DNA from: Chlorokybus atmophyticus
Taxonomy: Eukaryota > Plantae > Mesostigma and Chlorokybus algae
Direction: 5' to 3'
NCBI GenBank assembly: GCA_009103225.1
Contig: RHPI01001719.1
Span: 30,633 to 87,883, forward strand
DNA: 57,251 nucleotides
The notes under the pieces are model-generated. The model searched no databases. It saw nothing but the letters and a program-made list of their open reading frames with translations, and was not told the DNA's origin. Positions within the stretch are counted from its first letter, which is position 1. Each line of letters begins with the position of its first letter. Shown one piece after another: positions 32,929 through 48,480 of this stretch. The position numbers and the translations under genes were made by a program.

Positions 32929-35900
32929 CTATCTTGACGAGGCCGTGCGCAGCTGTTTCCTGTCGTACAAAAGCACGTTCTGCTTCATGAGTAGCGTCTT
33001 GAGCAGGCGGCTTTTCGACGGGTTGGACACGAGATAGTCTTCAAAGTCTCTCCTCAGAACAGCGAGGTCAGGCATCGACTGGCAGGCTGGCACGTTGAGT
33101 AGCGTGTCGAACAGCTGCTGCCACAACTGCACCTGCCAGTACCTGAGACAAAACACGCGTGTTAGTGTGCGAGTGTGCATGCGTGCGTGCGTGCGTGCGT
33201 GTGTTATTGGCAGATGGTTATTTGGCCTGCCTTGTGACACTGCCTGTTCTGAAGTGGTCGTACCTTTTGAGCGGGGCCTTGGGTTTGATCACGCCGCCAA
33301 CGTTGTGTACTTCCATGTACGTGCCGTGCAGCATGCAGTGCACGGTGCCGCAGAGCGCAAACATATCCACCTGCACTGCAGTAGTAAGCACACACTCACA
33401 CACACACCAACACCCACCCACGCGCACGCGCATATGCCCACTCACTTGGAATGTCCACGGCCTCCCCTCCACCATCTCCGTGCACCGGAAGGCCGACGTC
33501 ATGCTGTCGCCGTGGAACACGGTGTCGGGAGGGAAGAGAGTCAGGTCGATGCTACGGCCCCAGTCGATCAGCGCGAGACCCTGCAATGTCACACACAACA
33601 CGACTGCTGAGTGAACACATATTCACACGAAGTCTCTCAGCCACGAACATGCACGCACGCGCACACGCACGCAAGCGCACGCAGAGAGTTGAGCGCAGCT
33701 ATGTCGTGTACACAACGTGTTATACCTGATCCTTCCAGCACCCGGAGCGATCCGGAGTCCAATCCTCCCACTCATCACTGCAAAGCAAAGCATCCGACCA
33801 TGATCAGAACCCAATGCAAAACCAGACAACCCCAAACCCACCCACCCACCCACCTATCCGATCTTATCAGCAAATTATCCGGTTTGATATCCGCGTGTAC
33901 AACCCCGCACTCGTGCACAAGTTCCACCATCCTCAGCATCTCGACGGTGTAGAACACGCAGAGCTCCTCCTCCATGGTGCGACCCAGCGCCAGCTTCGCG
34001 TTGATCGCGTCCTGGAGGGTGCCGAGGTCGCGGAGGTCGGTCAGGAGGTGGGTGGCGTCGGAGTACACGTGGACGGAGTGAGTACGGAGGAAGAGGCTCC
34101 TCTGAGAAGCAGGTTAGGACGTTCATCAATGCATGATGTGGGGCTGTATGTCACGGCGATGAGAGTGGCGTGCGTGCATGTGCATGTTTCCGCACGTGTG
34201 TATGGGCATCTGTTGCGTGTGTGTCTGTGTCTTTTCGAACGTATGCGCATGCGTGTATGTGTGCGTGCATGTATGTGCGTGCGTGTGTGCGCACTCGCCA
34301 GTGTGCTGGCACACGTGTGTGTGCGCGCATACATGCGTGCGCAAGCGGATGTGTTTGCAATTGTACTTGTGGCATAGTGTACGCTATGTGTCTCGCACGC
34401 AAATCAGCAACTGCTTAGCATTACACACCTCAGCAGCCGGAATCCTGAGGTCCAGTTGGCGTAAGATGTAGAACTCCCAAGGTGTCGGTGACGCTTGAAA
34501 CTGCACACAACTTGCATTGTCAACACTCCCTGCCAAAACACTCTTTTACATTGTCGGGGTCGTACCTTCAATGCGAACGCATCCACCTCATCATCGTCAT
34601 CAGACTCCAGCCCGTTCTGCAACGGGGACACCCTGTACACGCTGGCAAAGGCACCGCGGCCGATGCACTCCTCGAGGAGAAAAGACTCCTCACCTGGAGA
34701 AGAGCACGCACTCAGTACACACACACAGGCAAGCGCGCAAAGAGACCCACGCACGCGCTCCCAACCCCGGCTCCCTACCCAGCACGATCGTTGCGTTGGC
34801 TCGCGGTCTTCCCCCCCTTTTCATGACGACCCTCTCCTCCTGCTGCCCCCACGCCTCCGGCCTGTGATCTCTCCACCCCTCGCACGCCTCGATCATGGAA
34901 CTCAGCCTCTCCAGGAGCTCCTCCACCAGCTCGGCGCAGAACGGGTCGACCTTTGGGGTGGAGACGTGTACGTGTTCATGCGAGCTCACGGAGTGGCGGG
35001 CGGCGCGAGAGTGGGAGTGGGAGTGGGAGTGCGAGTGGGAATGGGAGTGGGAGTGGGAGATGGATGCGGCCTCGTCTTGTTCGATCAGGGGAGAAAGAGG
35101 GCGGAAGCTCCCTGCTGCATGGCATGACAGTGTAGTGAGTGTCGTGTGCACATGGTTGCGCGTCACTAACGACAGATGGAGCCAGCGTGTTGTTTACAAC
35201 GAGTTACAGGGTACAGCAGTCACACAAGTATATGCTATCGTGTCTGAGAACTTGCTTACACACACACACACGTGCGTGAGTGCAAGCGTGTATGCGTGCG
35301 CGTACACGTGTGGGTGCGTGTGTGGGCGCGGGGGAAGCACTGCAACATGCATTGCGCTCAAACCAACCTGGAGGCTGGTTGTTGCCTCCATCGCTCCAGA
35401 CGACAAACTCGTCCTCTTCAGTGTTGCCATCTCTGCCAAACGCGCCCGCGCACATCAGCACCCCACTCCACATCACCACCAAATCCAACCAGCACCCAAC
35501 AACGACTCACCCCGCGTTGCGCAGCGCTTCCTCCGCCTCCGCCCTCTCGCCCTCTTCGTCGCCCTCGCCTTCAGCACGCCCATGTGAATGAGGCTCGGCC
35601 TCGGGCTCGGGAACTCGGTTGCCAAAGGAGTCCAGCACGCGGAGCTGGTCGTCGTTCAGAGGACGCAGCACGGCACCGGGCTGAGAAACCAAGTGGGTGT
35701 GAGTGATGCATTGAGGGATGTATGCAATGAGATGCAATGAGCGCGTGTGCGCGTGTGCATGCGCGCGTGTGTGTTGGGTGCACGTATGCGCGCGTGTGTG
35801 TCGCGTGCACCTATGTGAAACGACGATAACAACATCTTACCGCAAGACTGTGCAGTTGACGAGCAGCAAAGCCCGCCGGTCTGACCACGCTTCGGTTCTC

Positions 35901-38900
35901 TTGATCCGAATCATAGGCTTCATCCAGCAACTGCCTGCTGCTCATACCCTCGACAGCAGTCGCAGGGGGTCTGTTCTCGGCGTCCACACCATTGTCGTCG
36001 ACAATGTGGACACGCACACGCGGCGGCGCGAGCACGGGTGCCGTGCGCTCGCTGTCGTCAAACACGATCAGGTCCGGGAATGGCACGGCCTCACTGCTGC
36101 CGGCGGGCCTTTCTGAAGTGGACGGGTTCTCCAGCCCTGGCACACACGCAGGTCACGAGACGCATTGTGTTGAATTGTGCGAGCGTGTGTGCGTGCGCGT
36201 GTGCACATGGGCACATGCGCATGTGGGTGTGTGCCCGCATAGATGCGCACATTGCAATGGCCACACATGCACGCGCGTCCAACCCGCAATACTTGCTTCT
36301 CAGCTCCTCACCTGGGCTCTCCGGTGTCTGCGGCAGCGGCAACGGCTTCGCGAACAGCGACATGATATCCGCGAGCGCCATCTTCGTGTTCATGGTCATG
36401 TCCGCAACCGCAGCCCCACCAACAACATCCGCAACAGCACTTGGCGCGCTTGCATACGCCGCTCTCGTGATGATGGCCACCGTGTCCTCGGGGGCGTCAT
36501 CACTCCCCACAGGCACGTTCAACCGCACGTCCACATCATCAGCAACAACACAAGAGGAAGGTGCTGGAAATTTCACATCCCCTTCAATAACGGACAATCT
36601 GTCCATCTTCTTGGTGAGGGTATTTGTATCATCGACTCGGGTGCCAAGCGGTTGTTGTGCCGGTGACGATGATGGGACCGACTCCCGCTTTGTGTCTATT
36701 GTTGTCACTAGTGTGTGTGTTGGCAGCGGTTCTTCCTTGATAGCTCCATTCTTCGTGAGCCACGCTGCCGCTCGAGCCTCCTCAAAAGACCTTTCTTTGT
36801 CCCTCACGCTCGTCAAACCCTCATCCCACGCCAGCACGGGACCCATGACTCGCTCGCCTATCGACTCTGCACCCACGCACATTGCATCTCTCAGCCACAT
36901 GCACACCACCACCACAACAACAACAACAACAACACACGCACCTCGCGGTAGGTGCTTAAGCTCCTCCGGTTTGGCTATTGGCTTCTGCGTGGGGACGGTG
37001 GTGTTGCGTGCGATGTTCTCGTGGCCCTCGAGTCGCTGTCTTAGGGTGGGAGGTCTGGCGGGGGAAGTCCTCCTTGGCGGCGGTGAAGGAGACCTGAACA
37101 AGATGATATCCCAACATTAAGCTCGACAACCGGACCCAACATCAAACGCACACACACACGCGCATGTGCACGCTCGCGCACACACACACATGCTTCACCT
37201 TGGCACGTCTTCATCGGGCAGCACAAACAGTTCAGCGCTCGCGCCAACAGACCTGTTCTTCTTCTGCGGCACCTGCCCAAGCACAACACCAATCACACAC
37301 CCACATACCTCTTATCAACACTTGCTCCTTACCTTCTTCACCACAGAAAAACCTTGACACGATAACAAAACCCAACATACCCGCACGTTGGACCACTGCG
37401 CCGGCTTCTGCTCGTTCTCTTTGCGCCTCTGCTCTTCCGTCTGCAGCGAAGTCCACGGGACCGAAGCCGGCACGGCCGCGGCACGCCCCGGGAAGGACGT
37501 GTCGTTGTTGTTGTTGTTGTTGTTGTTGTTGTTGCGCGCGTGGTCGTCGTTGTCCGCGTACACTTGGAGTTGGGAGCTGCGCTGCCCGCTGCGTGGAACG
37601 TGTGGAATGGTAGGTGAAGTGTTGATGAGCATGTGGGATGCGTGTGTGCGAGAGGTGGGGTGTGGGAGCTTACTGAGATGGGTTGCGCGCGTTCCAGTCG
37701 AACCTGGCTCGGCCGCCTGCTGTCAGAATTGTGATGTGAGCGTGCGTGCATGCGTGCATGTGCGCAAGGGTTGCGTTTTGGGAGGGGTGTTTGCGTGTGT
37801 GGCTTGCACGCATGCAAAATCACACGCACACGCTGAAAGACACGTATGCCGCATTGCATGCCTGCGGGTGCCGACGTTGAGGCCACAGGGCCGAAACTCC
37901 GCTGAGGGTCTTCTGGGCCATACCCCAGCTGCCGACGCTCTTCTTCCTGCATTGCACTGAACTCAATCCACACCAGCTCTTCGACATCGCACAACCCAAC
38001 ATTCGCATGCACGCGATGTCAACGACAACAACGCATACCTCTTTCATCTGCCGCTCGATGCGCCTCGCCATGCGCCGCTGAAAGTCGTGAAAGTTCTGCT
38101 GCAGCTTCTCCAGCGGTTGACCTCCCCTGTGTTGGGACAAGTGTTGGGACGACAACAACAACAACAACAACAACAATTATCATGACATGGTCGGAGATGC
38201 TAGATTGTAGCAAGTCATATGTGCATGCGCGCGTGCGCTTGTGTGGGCGTGTGTGGGCGCAAGTGTGTCGCAACTTGTGTTGTAGTTACCTTGCGAGGCC
38301 GAGCTCGTACACTTCTTGCGCCCGTTTAAAGTTGTGCCGCAGCTCCATGCAAGTGGCGTACGCTGCGTAGAACAGCGAGTGGCTTTGGCCGATGTTGTTC
38401 GCCTGTTGCACAAACACAAATTGAGTATGGGCCACAGTTGGGTGCGAAGGGTGTAAACCAGTGGCTGTGTGCACAGTGCTCACCTCCAAGAAAGCAAACA
38501 CATCCTGCGGCTCTGAACAACAGTCAGCCTACAGAATTGCAGCAATGGTTGGTTAGCGAAATGTGCGTGCATGTGTGCACGTGTGTACATGCGCGTGTCT
38601 GTGTGCGTACATGCATGGGTGCCTGTGGGTGTGCAACTGCATGCACGTCGGCTTGTGTGCGTGTGTGCGGGCATGTGGACGTGCGCGTCAGTCCCCGGCG
38701 TGCATGTGTGCGTGTGCGTGTGTGTGCACGTTCTGATGATGTGTGTATGCATGCACGCGTGCTGGCACTCATGCACACGCATGGACACATGTCAAGAAAA
38801 CACGATTGGTTTGCCATGCATCATCTACGTGAGCTTACATAGAGGATCCAGACGCGCAGATAGCGGACGTCATCAGCGTAGCGGGTATCGTGTTGGAACG

Positions 38901-39486
38901 CGCGTGCGCACTTCTCGAGGATGGGCAGCAGCTCCGACTGCGCGCCAGCCTCGGGGTACGCTTCTTGAACCCATCTAATAAACCTGCAAGAAAACATGCG
39001 TATCACATACACATGTGTGAACTTCACTATCACTGTTGGTCATGACAGTACTGCCAACTCACCGCATCCACACGTCGAGCGGGTCCGGTCCGCGGTAGCT
39101 CTCAATCGTTTGCCAAAACTCCCTGTACATTCGTGAACACAACACACGGAGCGAAAACACACACATCCACACAAAACACACTTTAGTGAGGCACTGCTCG
39201 ACATATGTAGATTGGCTTGTTCAAGTATGGCCAAGCAAAGCTAGCGACCTATTCTTATCACCACCAACAGATTCATTATTGTGATCATCATCGTTATTCA
39301 TAGCTATGAATAACGACGATGATCATACCTCTTGCGTTCTGCGTGGCTGTGTAGTGCTGCCGGTCCCCCCTGGTTTCTGTGCGTAAGTGCGGCAGAGAGG
39401 ACAGCGGCGTCCCTGCCACGCCGCAGAGGCTTGACGTTCTCCTTGCTGAGCTCCCATTCGCCATCCTGCTGCTGAGGCTCCTCCAT
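32929..39486 (-). CDS. BUB1: Spindle-checkpoint kinase MadBub (BUB1/BUBR1 ancestor-type), multi-exon
   Basis: EWELSKENVKPLRRGR (KEN1, start of TPR), YADDVRYLRVW, LQVYAD (ABBA-like), RRKENEQKP (KEN2), SFEEARA (GLEBS), TMNTKMALADIMSLF (CD1). Kinase motifs IGRGAFASVY, ALK, HADIKPDN and LIDWGRSIDL. Confidence 0.92.
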
Positions 39487-39593
39487 CACCTCCTCCTCCC
39501 TGTCCACCCAACCAACTCAAACAACCTGCCTACACGTGAGTTCAACGACGACGACGACGACGTCCTGCCCCAGGCTAGCGACCTCGCCGCCCA

Positions 39594-39631
<38 letters not shown>

Positions 39632-41650
39632 CCTGGCGGGAAAGCGGGAAACCCGTGTTGGTTCATGACGCACCGGCCAAAAAGGGGTCACCTACGGCGG
39701 GATGGTCCAAATTGCAAAAATGTTGGCCGTTTTATGCGGGCGGGTTGCTAGTTTCGCGCGCAAAGTGTTTGAACTGCGCGAACTCACTTTCGCGTTGTTT
39801 GGGAGTTTAGATCCGGATCGCGAGTTGGAGATTGGTGTCAAGCGAGGTTTGAGAGAAGTGACCGTTGGGAAGCGTTGTTGAGCTGCTTTGGTATAGGCAT
39901 GCAACAGCTGGTGTTGGACGGTATCAGTCAAGGGCTGTCAATCATAGCCTGCAAGTGAGTGCCTTAAGAAGAAGGTCACAATAGTAATGTCAACAATCAC
40001 ACTTCAGTAGTACTGAATCAGTACGCCTGCTGTAGAGTTGTAGATGTAGTTATTAACGATACATAAGAAAAAAAGGATATTAAATTGCTCATCAATTCTA
40101 AGAAAAAATTAAGCACGGCCACGTAAGTTGCCAAAGGCGCATGTAACTACAGATGCTCATAACATTTATGCAACTTCGATATGGATTAAGCTTTACACCG
40201 GCTTGAGGCATAAGTAATGTCGTGTACGTGATTCACTTTAAAGAGTCCTACATGTTATGAGATTCTTTTCGCAAAGACGCAACCATTTCACACATAGTGT
40301 ACCAAACGTACAACCCATAAAAATTATATTATAGTGTAGACAGCACAACTCACTTGTGAGCTACGTGTGCACGAAACATGTTATGTTAAACATGTGAACG
40401 TCTGCTATCAGATACATAATACATGTGTACATACATACATGTGGTTTAAGTTTTTGTAAAATAAACAACTCAAAGAACTCGTATGGTCATGTGTATGGCG
40501 TTTTCACACATAAAACATGAGAAAATAAGTAAACTATGATCGTAACTCGTGCACATGTACCGTCAAAAGTCATGTAATAAGCATAATAATATCAGTTTGC
40601 ATCAATACAAAGTGTTGCCGGAGATGTGTAACACACATATAGAACCTAATGGCGCGAACACGCACTACGTCTGCTACAACATATTGCAATCACCGTAGTC
40701 ACCATAGTTGAAAGAGTGCATAGAAGGGGTATGCTCGTGTCTAGGGATTAATGGGCTTTGGTAATCCGATGATGCAATGTTACTATTGTTGACATGAAAC
40801 ATGTGGTACAAGTCGAGGTGACTGAGGCTATGCTAGGCTGACAACCCTGCATCCCACACTCTGTAAGATTACTTGGTGATGCGCGAAAATGTCGCTAGCG
40901 TAGATGGTGTCCAAGCAACCACATGCTTGGAGCTGGCGCGCTACTTGGTTACTTGGTGACTACCTTGCTACACTTTGTCAACACCAATTGTCGCAGCTAT
41001 CGCCTAGGGTAGTACACGTGCATGTTGTGTGTAGTGGATGTGTAGGGCCGTCCATGTGTGTTAGGCATGGTGGCAGCGCTGACAGCCAGACGCCAATGTA
41101 CATGTAATAGAGTTGTGGTGGATTGTAGCTTACTGAATTGTACTGTGGCCTACTACTGATCCTTGTAGTGGTAATGTTGTGGTTGTCATAGGCAAGAACA
41201 GGCTATTTTGCATGCACAAGGGTGTGACCGCTGGCACCACGCATGTTTGAATTGCTGCATACCACCTTGTGTACACTAACCAGAGACCAAACGATACAGC
41301 TCTGTACGGCTCTGTTGGCATATATTTTCATGCGCGTATCTTCACATGTTCTTACACAGTACAGTACACGACTGGCAGAAGAATCAAAGAATGTAGACGT
41401 CATCCATAGGAGCGATCAGAGCGTGTGTGGGCCATTGCAAAGCCTGCAACATAGCATTGCCAGCACATGCAGCTCAACAACCCCGCTTATGACTAAACAG
41501 TTGACTTGATTGCTGAGGAGAACACCTGCGTACGCGAACAGGCTCTCCAAGTTTAACACCTAAAACCCGAGGCGGCCACAGCTACTGACGCTCAAAGCTT
41601 ACGAACCAAGCTTGGAACACCGCCAATATGAATGTGCAAAACTACTGTGT

Positions 41651-44118
<2,468 letters not shown>

Positions 44119-45466
44119 TCACAAACGTCCTTGTGTGAAACAGCTGTCTCGTCCCTCGACTACAACCACGCAACTATGCCCGCAACTATGCCGCCGCCGC
44201 TTCCTGCCACTGCTGCCAACAATGCTTGCAGTCACTTAGCTTAACCGCCGCCAAAGGCAAAGCCGCCGCCGCTGCCAGTTACCGCTAATATTCCTAACTT
44301 CCGTGACGGCCACGGAACTGTCGAAAAACCTCCCTATCAGCGGGAAGGAAAATGTTCGCTGCGTACAATCTAGCTTCTGGTAGATACCTTCTTTCTTGCC
44401 AGCAACACTTTTGGGTGGCGTGTTGTCACGTCATTGGCTTTGAACTCCGCCTCTTGTCGCGCATGGTGTGGCAGCTGTGCTAGACACACGTCGGCACTGG
44501 TGATTGCATCTGTGAATCATGCAGAGAACAATACAAGTCTCCACATGAGCCTTGAAGAAGTTACATTACTCCAAGGACTAACTATTATGCTGAGTATGAG
44601 GACTCCTCATTGCGGAGTGCAAACTTAACTTGGTTGCTGATTTTCACCAAAATTGATGATGTTATAACATGTACGATGTTGACAACGGTAATGGTATAAA
44701 AGCTTGAATTCAATCATTCGTTACTGCAACGCATATTAAAACAGAAAATACGTTGATACATAGCATGTTGGGACGACTAGTGAACCACACACATTGTGCA
44801 CATGTAATATCGTAGAGAGGAAAACTTTTACAGTGATTATGACAATTGTATCATCGCATGATCCATGAAGTTCATGAAACCGCAGTGCAATTTGCAGATT
44901 GCTCATACACATTTCACAAAATACATAACGTAATCCGCAACAATCTTCAAAACTGTTACATACATGTTATTATGAGCAAGATACGCAACTAAAAACTATA
45001 TTATATACATAAATGCATGATACGAATCTTTATGTCAATGATTTTAGATGCGTGCATGTCCATAATAAGCATTGAAGTGCGCGTGTTGCCACCACAAACG
45101 CCATATAAAAACTAAAATTGAACTTGCAAACATTATATCCGTTATAAATTTGCGCAATGAAGGGTGCTTTTATAAGGTTCTACGCTACGTAAATGAAAGT
45201 GAAAACTTTGTATGAAGCAGTTATAAGGTAAAGCACATGCGTCATCACACAATACACATGCTACCATTAAACACAATGTTTGTTATGATCCTTGCATGCG
45301 ACTTTTTGCATGGTTGAGATTGACAGTTTGTAGTGATGAACAGGGTAAAAGAAAGGGTCCCCCATGTATACAGTATGAGAGACATGCAATTGTGCGAGCT
45401 ACTCCACAAAGCACAGAACATGTACAATTAGGCACAAGCACATAGACTATGACGGTGCTCGTGCCT

Positions 45467-46120
45467 TGTCACCTGTGAGTTGGTCCAATCAACAACCCTC
45501 TCACCAAGACACAGTATTCACACCGGACCTTGCCCCCTCTGCCAAGCACACACGCGCACCCCGCCACTCACGTACGCACGCGCACGCGCTCGAAGCTACA
45601 CACCGACTTGTGTAGCGCCTTGGATCGTCACACAAGCAAGCACACACCAGTGGACACACGCTAGCAACCCCTGCTAACCACCACCAAGCTTGCACACCAG
45701 AAATTAGGGAGCTAAATGTTGTATTGTAAGTTGTAGAATGTCACTTTTATACCTACCAGTCTGCACATGCTACTGTCTAGACGATTCCGACTAGCGCAAG
45801 ACGGAACTAGAAGCTAAGCTATTCTTGCAGAATCTTGTAGTACACTTCTAGACCTTTCGGACGCACCAAAGATCTCCTCATTTGCTGCTCATATGGTCAA
45901 GTTATACTACTTGGCGCCAGGCCCTTCCAGAATATTGGTCGAGCCCTTCTCGACTGGCCCTCCGTTTTCTGGCGTCTTCCAGACTGGCCCTGGGCCGGTC
46001 GATATCTGCGGCAGACTCGCAACTCGCCGATATCCGCCACAAGTCATGAAAAACATGATACCTCACAAATAAGGCCTAAAATGGCCATGAAAATCACGCA
46101 ATTTGGCCTTGAGTGTTACA
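45467..46120 (-). repeat. Putative 3' LTR of the chromovirus
   Basis: On the minus strand it begins TGTAAC directly after a polypurine tract and could end GTGACA at 45467. The partner LTR is not in the window, so the left boundary is tentative. Confidence 0.55.
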
Positions 46121-46133
46121 CTCCTCCCCCCCT
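46121..46133 (-). other. Polypurine tract
   Basis: AGGGGGGGAGGAG between the chromodomain end and TGTAAC. Confidence 0.8.
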
Positions 46134-46139
46134 AAGTGA

Positions 46140-48480
46140 GCTTCGTCCTCGAAGCTCGCGAGGATGTCATCGAGGAAGATAGTCACGCACAACGTCTCGA
46201 GCATTAGCCAAGTGTGCCTCTGGCTCTCAGGATGCTTCATGCAATGAATAGCCCTTCCATTTCATTAAGAACTTGCGCACGCCATGCACAAACTTCTCAC
46301 CAAGGATGTCTTCTACCTCCCACCCTGGTTCACCATCCGTGCCAACTTTGGGGGGCGGCCTTCCCGGCAGTTGTCCTCGATATGCTTTCAACAAGGAGAC
46401 GTGAAAAACGGGGTGCACATGCATGGTGTCGGGTAGCTCCAGCTTGTACGCCATGTCCAAAACTTGTTGACCGTAAATGGTCCCAACCAGCGTTCATTCA
46501 GCTTGCAAACTCCCATATGCACCTGTACATGCTTCGCGGAGAGTAACACAATGTCGCTTTCCAGAACTGTGAGGTGTCGGCGATGCGCGTCCGCGTACTG
46601 CTTCTGCTTGTTTTGTGCCACCAATAGCGCCTCCCTAGTTGCCTTATTAATGTCCGCGCACTTTGTGAGGAAGTCATTAGCTGCCTCCACACGCACGTCA
46701 TGTCGTCGCGGTGTCCATGCCGTCAACGGTGTCAATGAATGTTGCCCGTAGCTGATAAGGAAGGGAGTGACACCTGTGCTTGCATTGTTGTGGTGGTGGA
46801 TCGTAAACTCCACCAACTCAAGCAGCTCCGCCTAATTGTCTTGTTGCGCGTTAACGTAGCCACGCAGCATGTTCTTAATCACACGGTTGGCCCGCTCCGC
46901 TTGCCCATCAGTTTGCGGGTGGAATGCCGTGCTAAACTTTAGTGTGGTACCCAGTGCACTATGCCGCGCCTCCCAAAACTTACTTGTACAGCGCGGGTCG
47001 CAATCACTCACAATGCTTTGCGGTAATCCATGAGAACGAAACACATGCTTCACGAACAAGCGTGCGGCCTCCGGTGCCGTGCAAGATCCGCCACACCGGT
47101 GCCAAGCGTACCATTTACTGGTTTTGTCGACAAACACAAGTATAGCGTCGTACCCTTCATTTGTCTTTGGTAGCCCCGTGATAAAGTCCATGGTCACTTG
47201 CTCCCACTTGGATAATGGCACAGAGAGAGGTTGCAGCAACCCACCTGGCTTTTGGTTGCTTGCCTTCACCCTTTGGCATGCGTCGCACAACGTCACGTAG
47301 TCGCGCACATCGCGATGCATCTCTCGCTAGTAATAACGCTGCTTTAAGCTTGTCAAAGTCCTCTCCAACCCTTGGTGACCAGCAATGGGCACGTCACGAG
47401 CTTCCTTCAGCAACTTCACACAAATATGCACGACGTTGGGGATGTACAAGCGCCCGTGGTGCCATAGCAGCCCGTCGCGCATTGACCAATGCCCACTTGT
47501 CACAACACGGACACGGTGTACGTAGCTGCATTTTCCAGCTCTTGCAACACTTTCATACCCTCCGTGTCCTCACAAAGCACTTGCCGAAGCTGGTCGGTCC
47601 ACTCAGGCTGCACTTGAGCGAGTGCCTCAATTGCATTAAGCCGGCTCAGCGCGTCAGCAACACCATTTGACATACCGGGCTTGTATTTGACATCGAAGTC
47701 AAAAAGTTGAAAGAACTCCAGCCATGGTGCTTGTCTGCGACTTAGATGAGGTTGTGTTTGTAAGTACCTCAATGGGGAGTGATCCGTCTCAAGCACGAAC
47801 TTTTTGCCTTCCAAAAAACAATGCCATTGTCGTAGCGCCATTACTTGTGCAAAAAGTTCCTTCTCGTGCACGGGGTAATTCAGCTCCGCACCACTCATCT
47901 TCTTGCTGAAGAATGCTACTGGTTGAAGGCCGTTGCCATGGTCTTGCTGCAAAACAGCTCCTACGGCTGTGTCGGACGCGTCGCAAGCCAAAATAAATGT
48001 CTTTTCCATGTCGGGGTGAGCCAGGACTGGTGCCTCCGTCAGCGCCTTCTTCAACGCAGCAAATGTTCCTTTGTTGCTGACCAGCTCCAAGGCTTTCTCT
48101 TCTTCAGTAGGGCAGTCAAGGGAGCAGCTATGCGCGAAAACCCCATAAATAAACTTGCGATAATACCCCGCAAGGTTTAAAAAGGACATCACTTCCTTTA
48201 CGTTGGTCGGGGAAAGCCCACTCGCGCACCACCTGCACTTTGTTGGGGTCCGGCTTGATGCCTTCATGCGGCACGATGTGGCCTAGGTACTCCACCTCTC
48301 GAAGTAACAATTTGCATTTTTGTAGCTGGACGTACAACTTGTGTTCGCGCAAACGCTGCAACACGCGCCGTAGAAGTGCCACGTGCTCCTTGTCATGCCT
48401 ACTGCCCACGCATACCAACTTTCATCGAGCATGGCTACATCAAAACCATCGCCTGGCCTACCAGCATACCAGCGCGCGCG
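46140..48480 (-). pseudogene. Ty3/Gypsy chromovirus pol remnant (RT end, RNase H, integrase, chromodomain)
   Basis: KCKLLLREVEYLGH, CDASDTAVGAVL, NYPVHEKEL, TDHSPL, VTMDFITGLP, HPQTDGQAER, WLGPF and WEVEDILG..KFLMKWKGY. Several frameshifts and stops; the YxDD-equivalent appears degenerate (MLDE). Confidence 0.92.
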
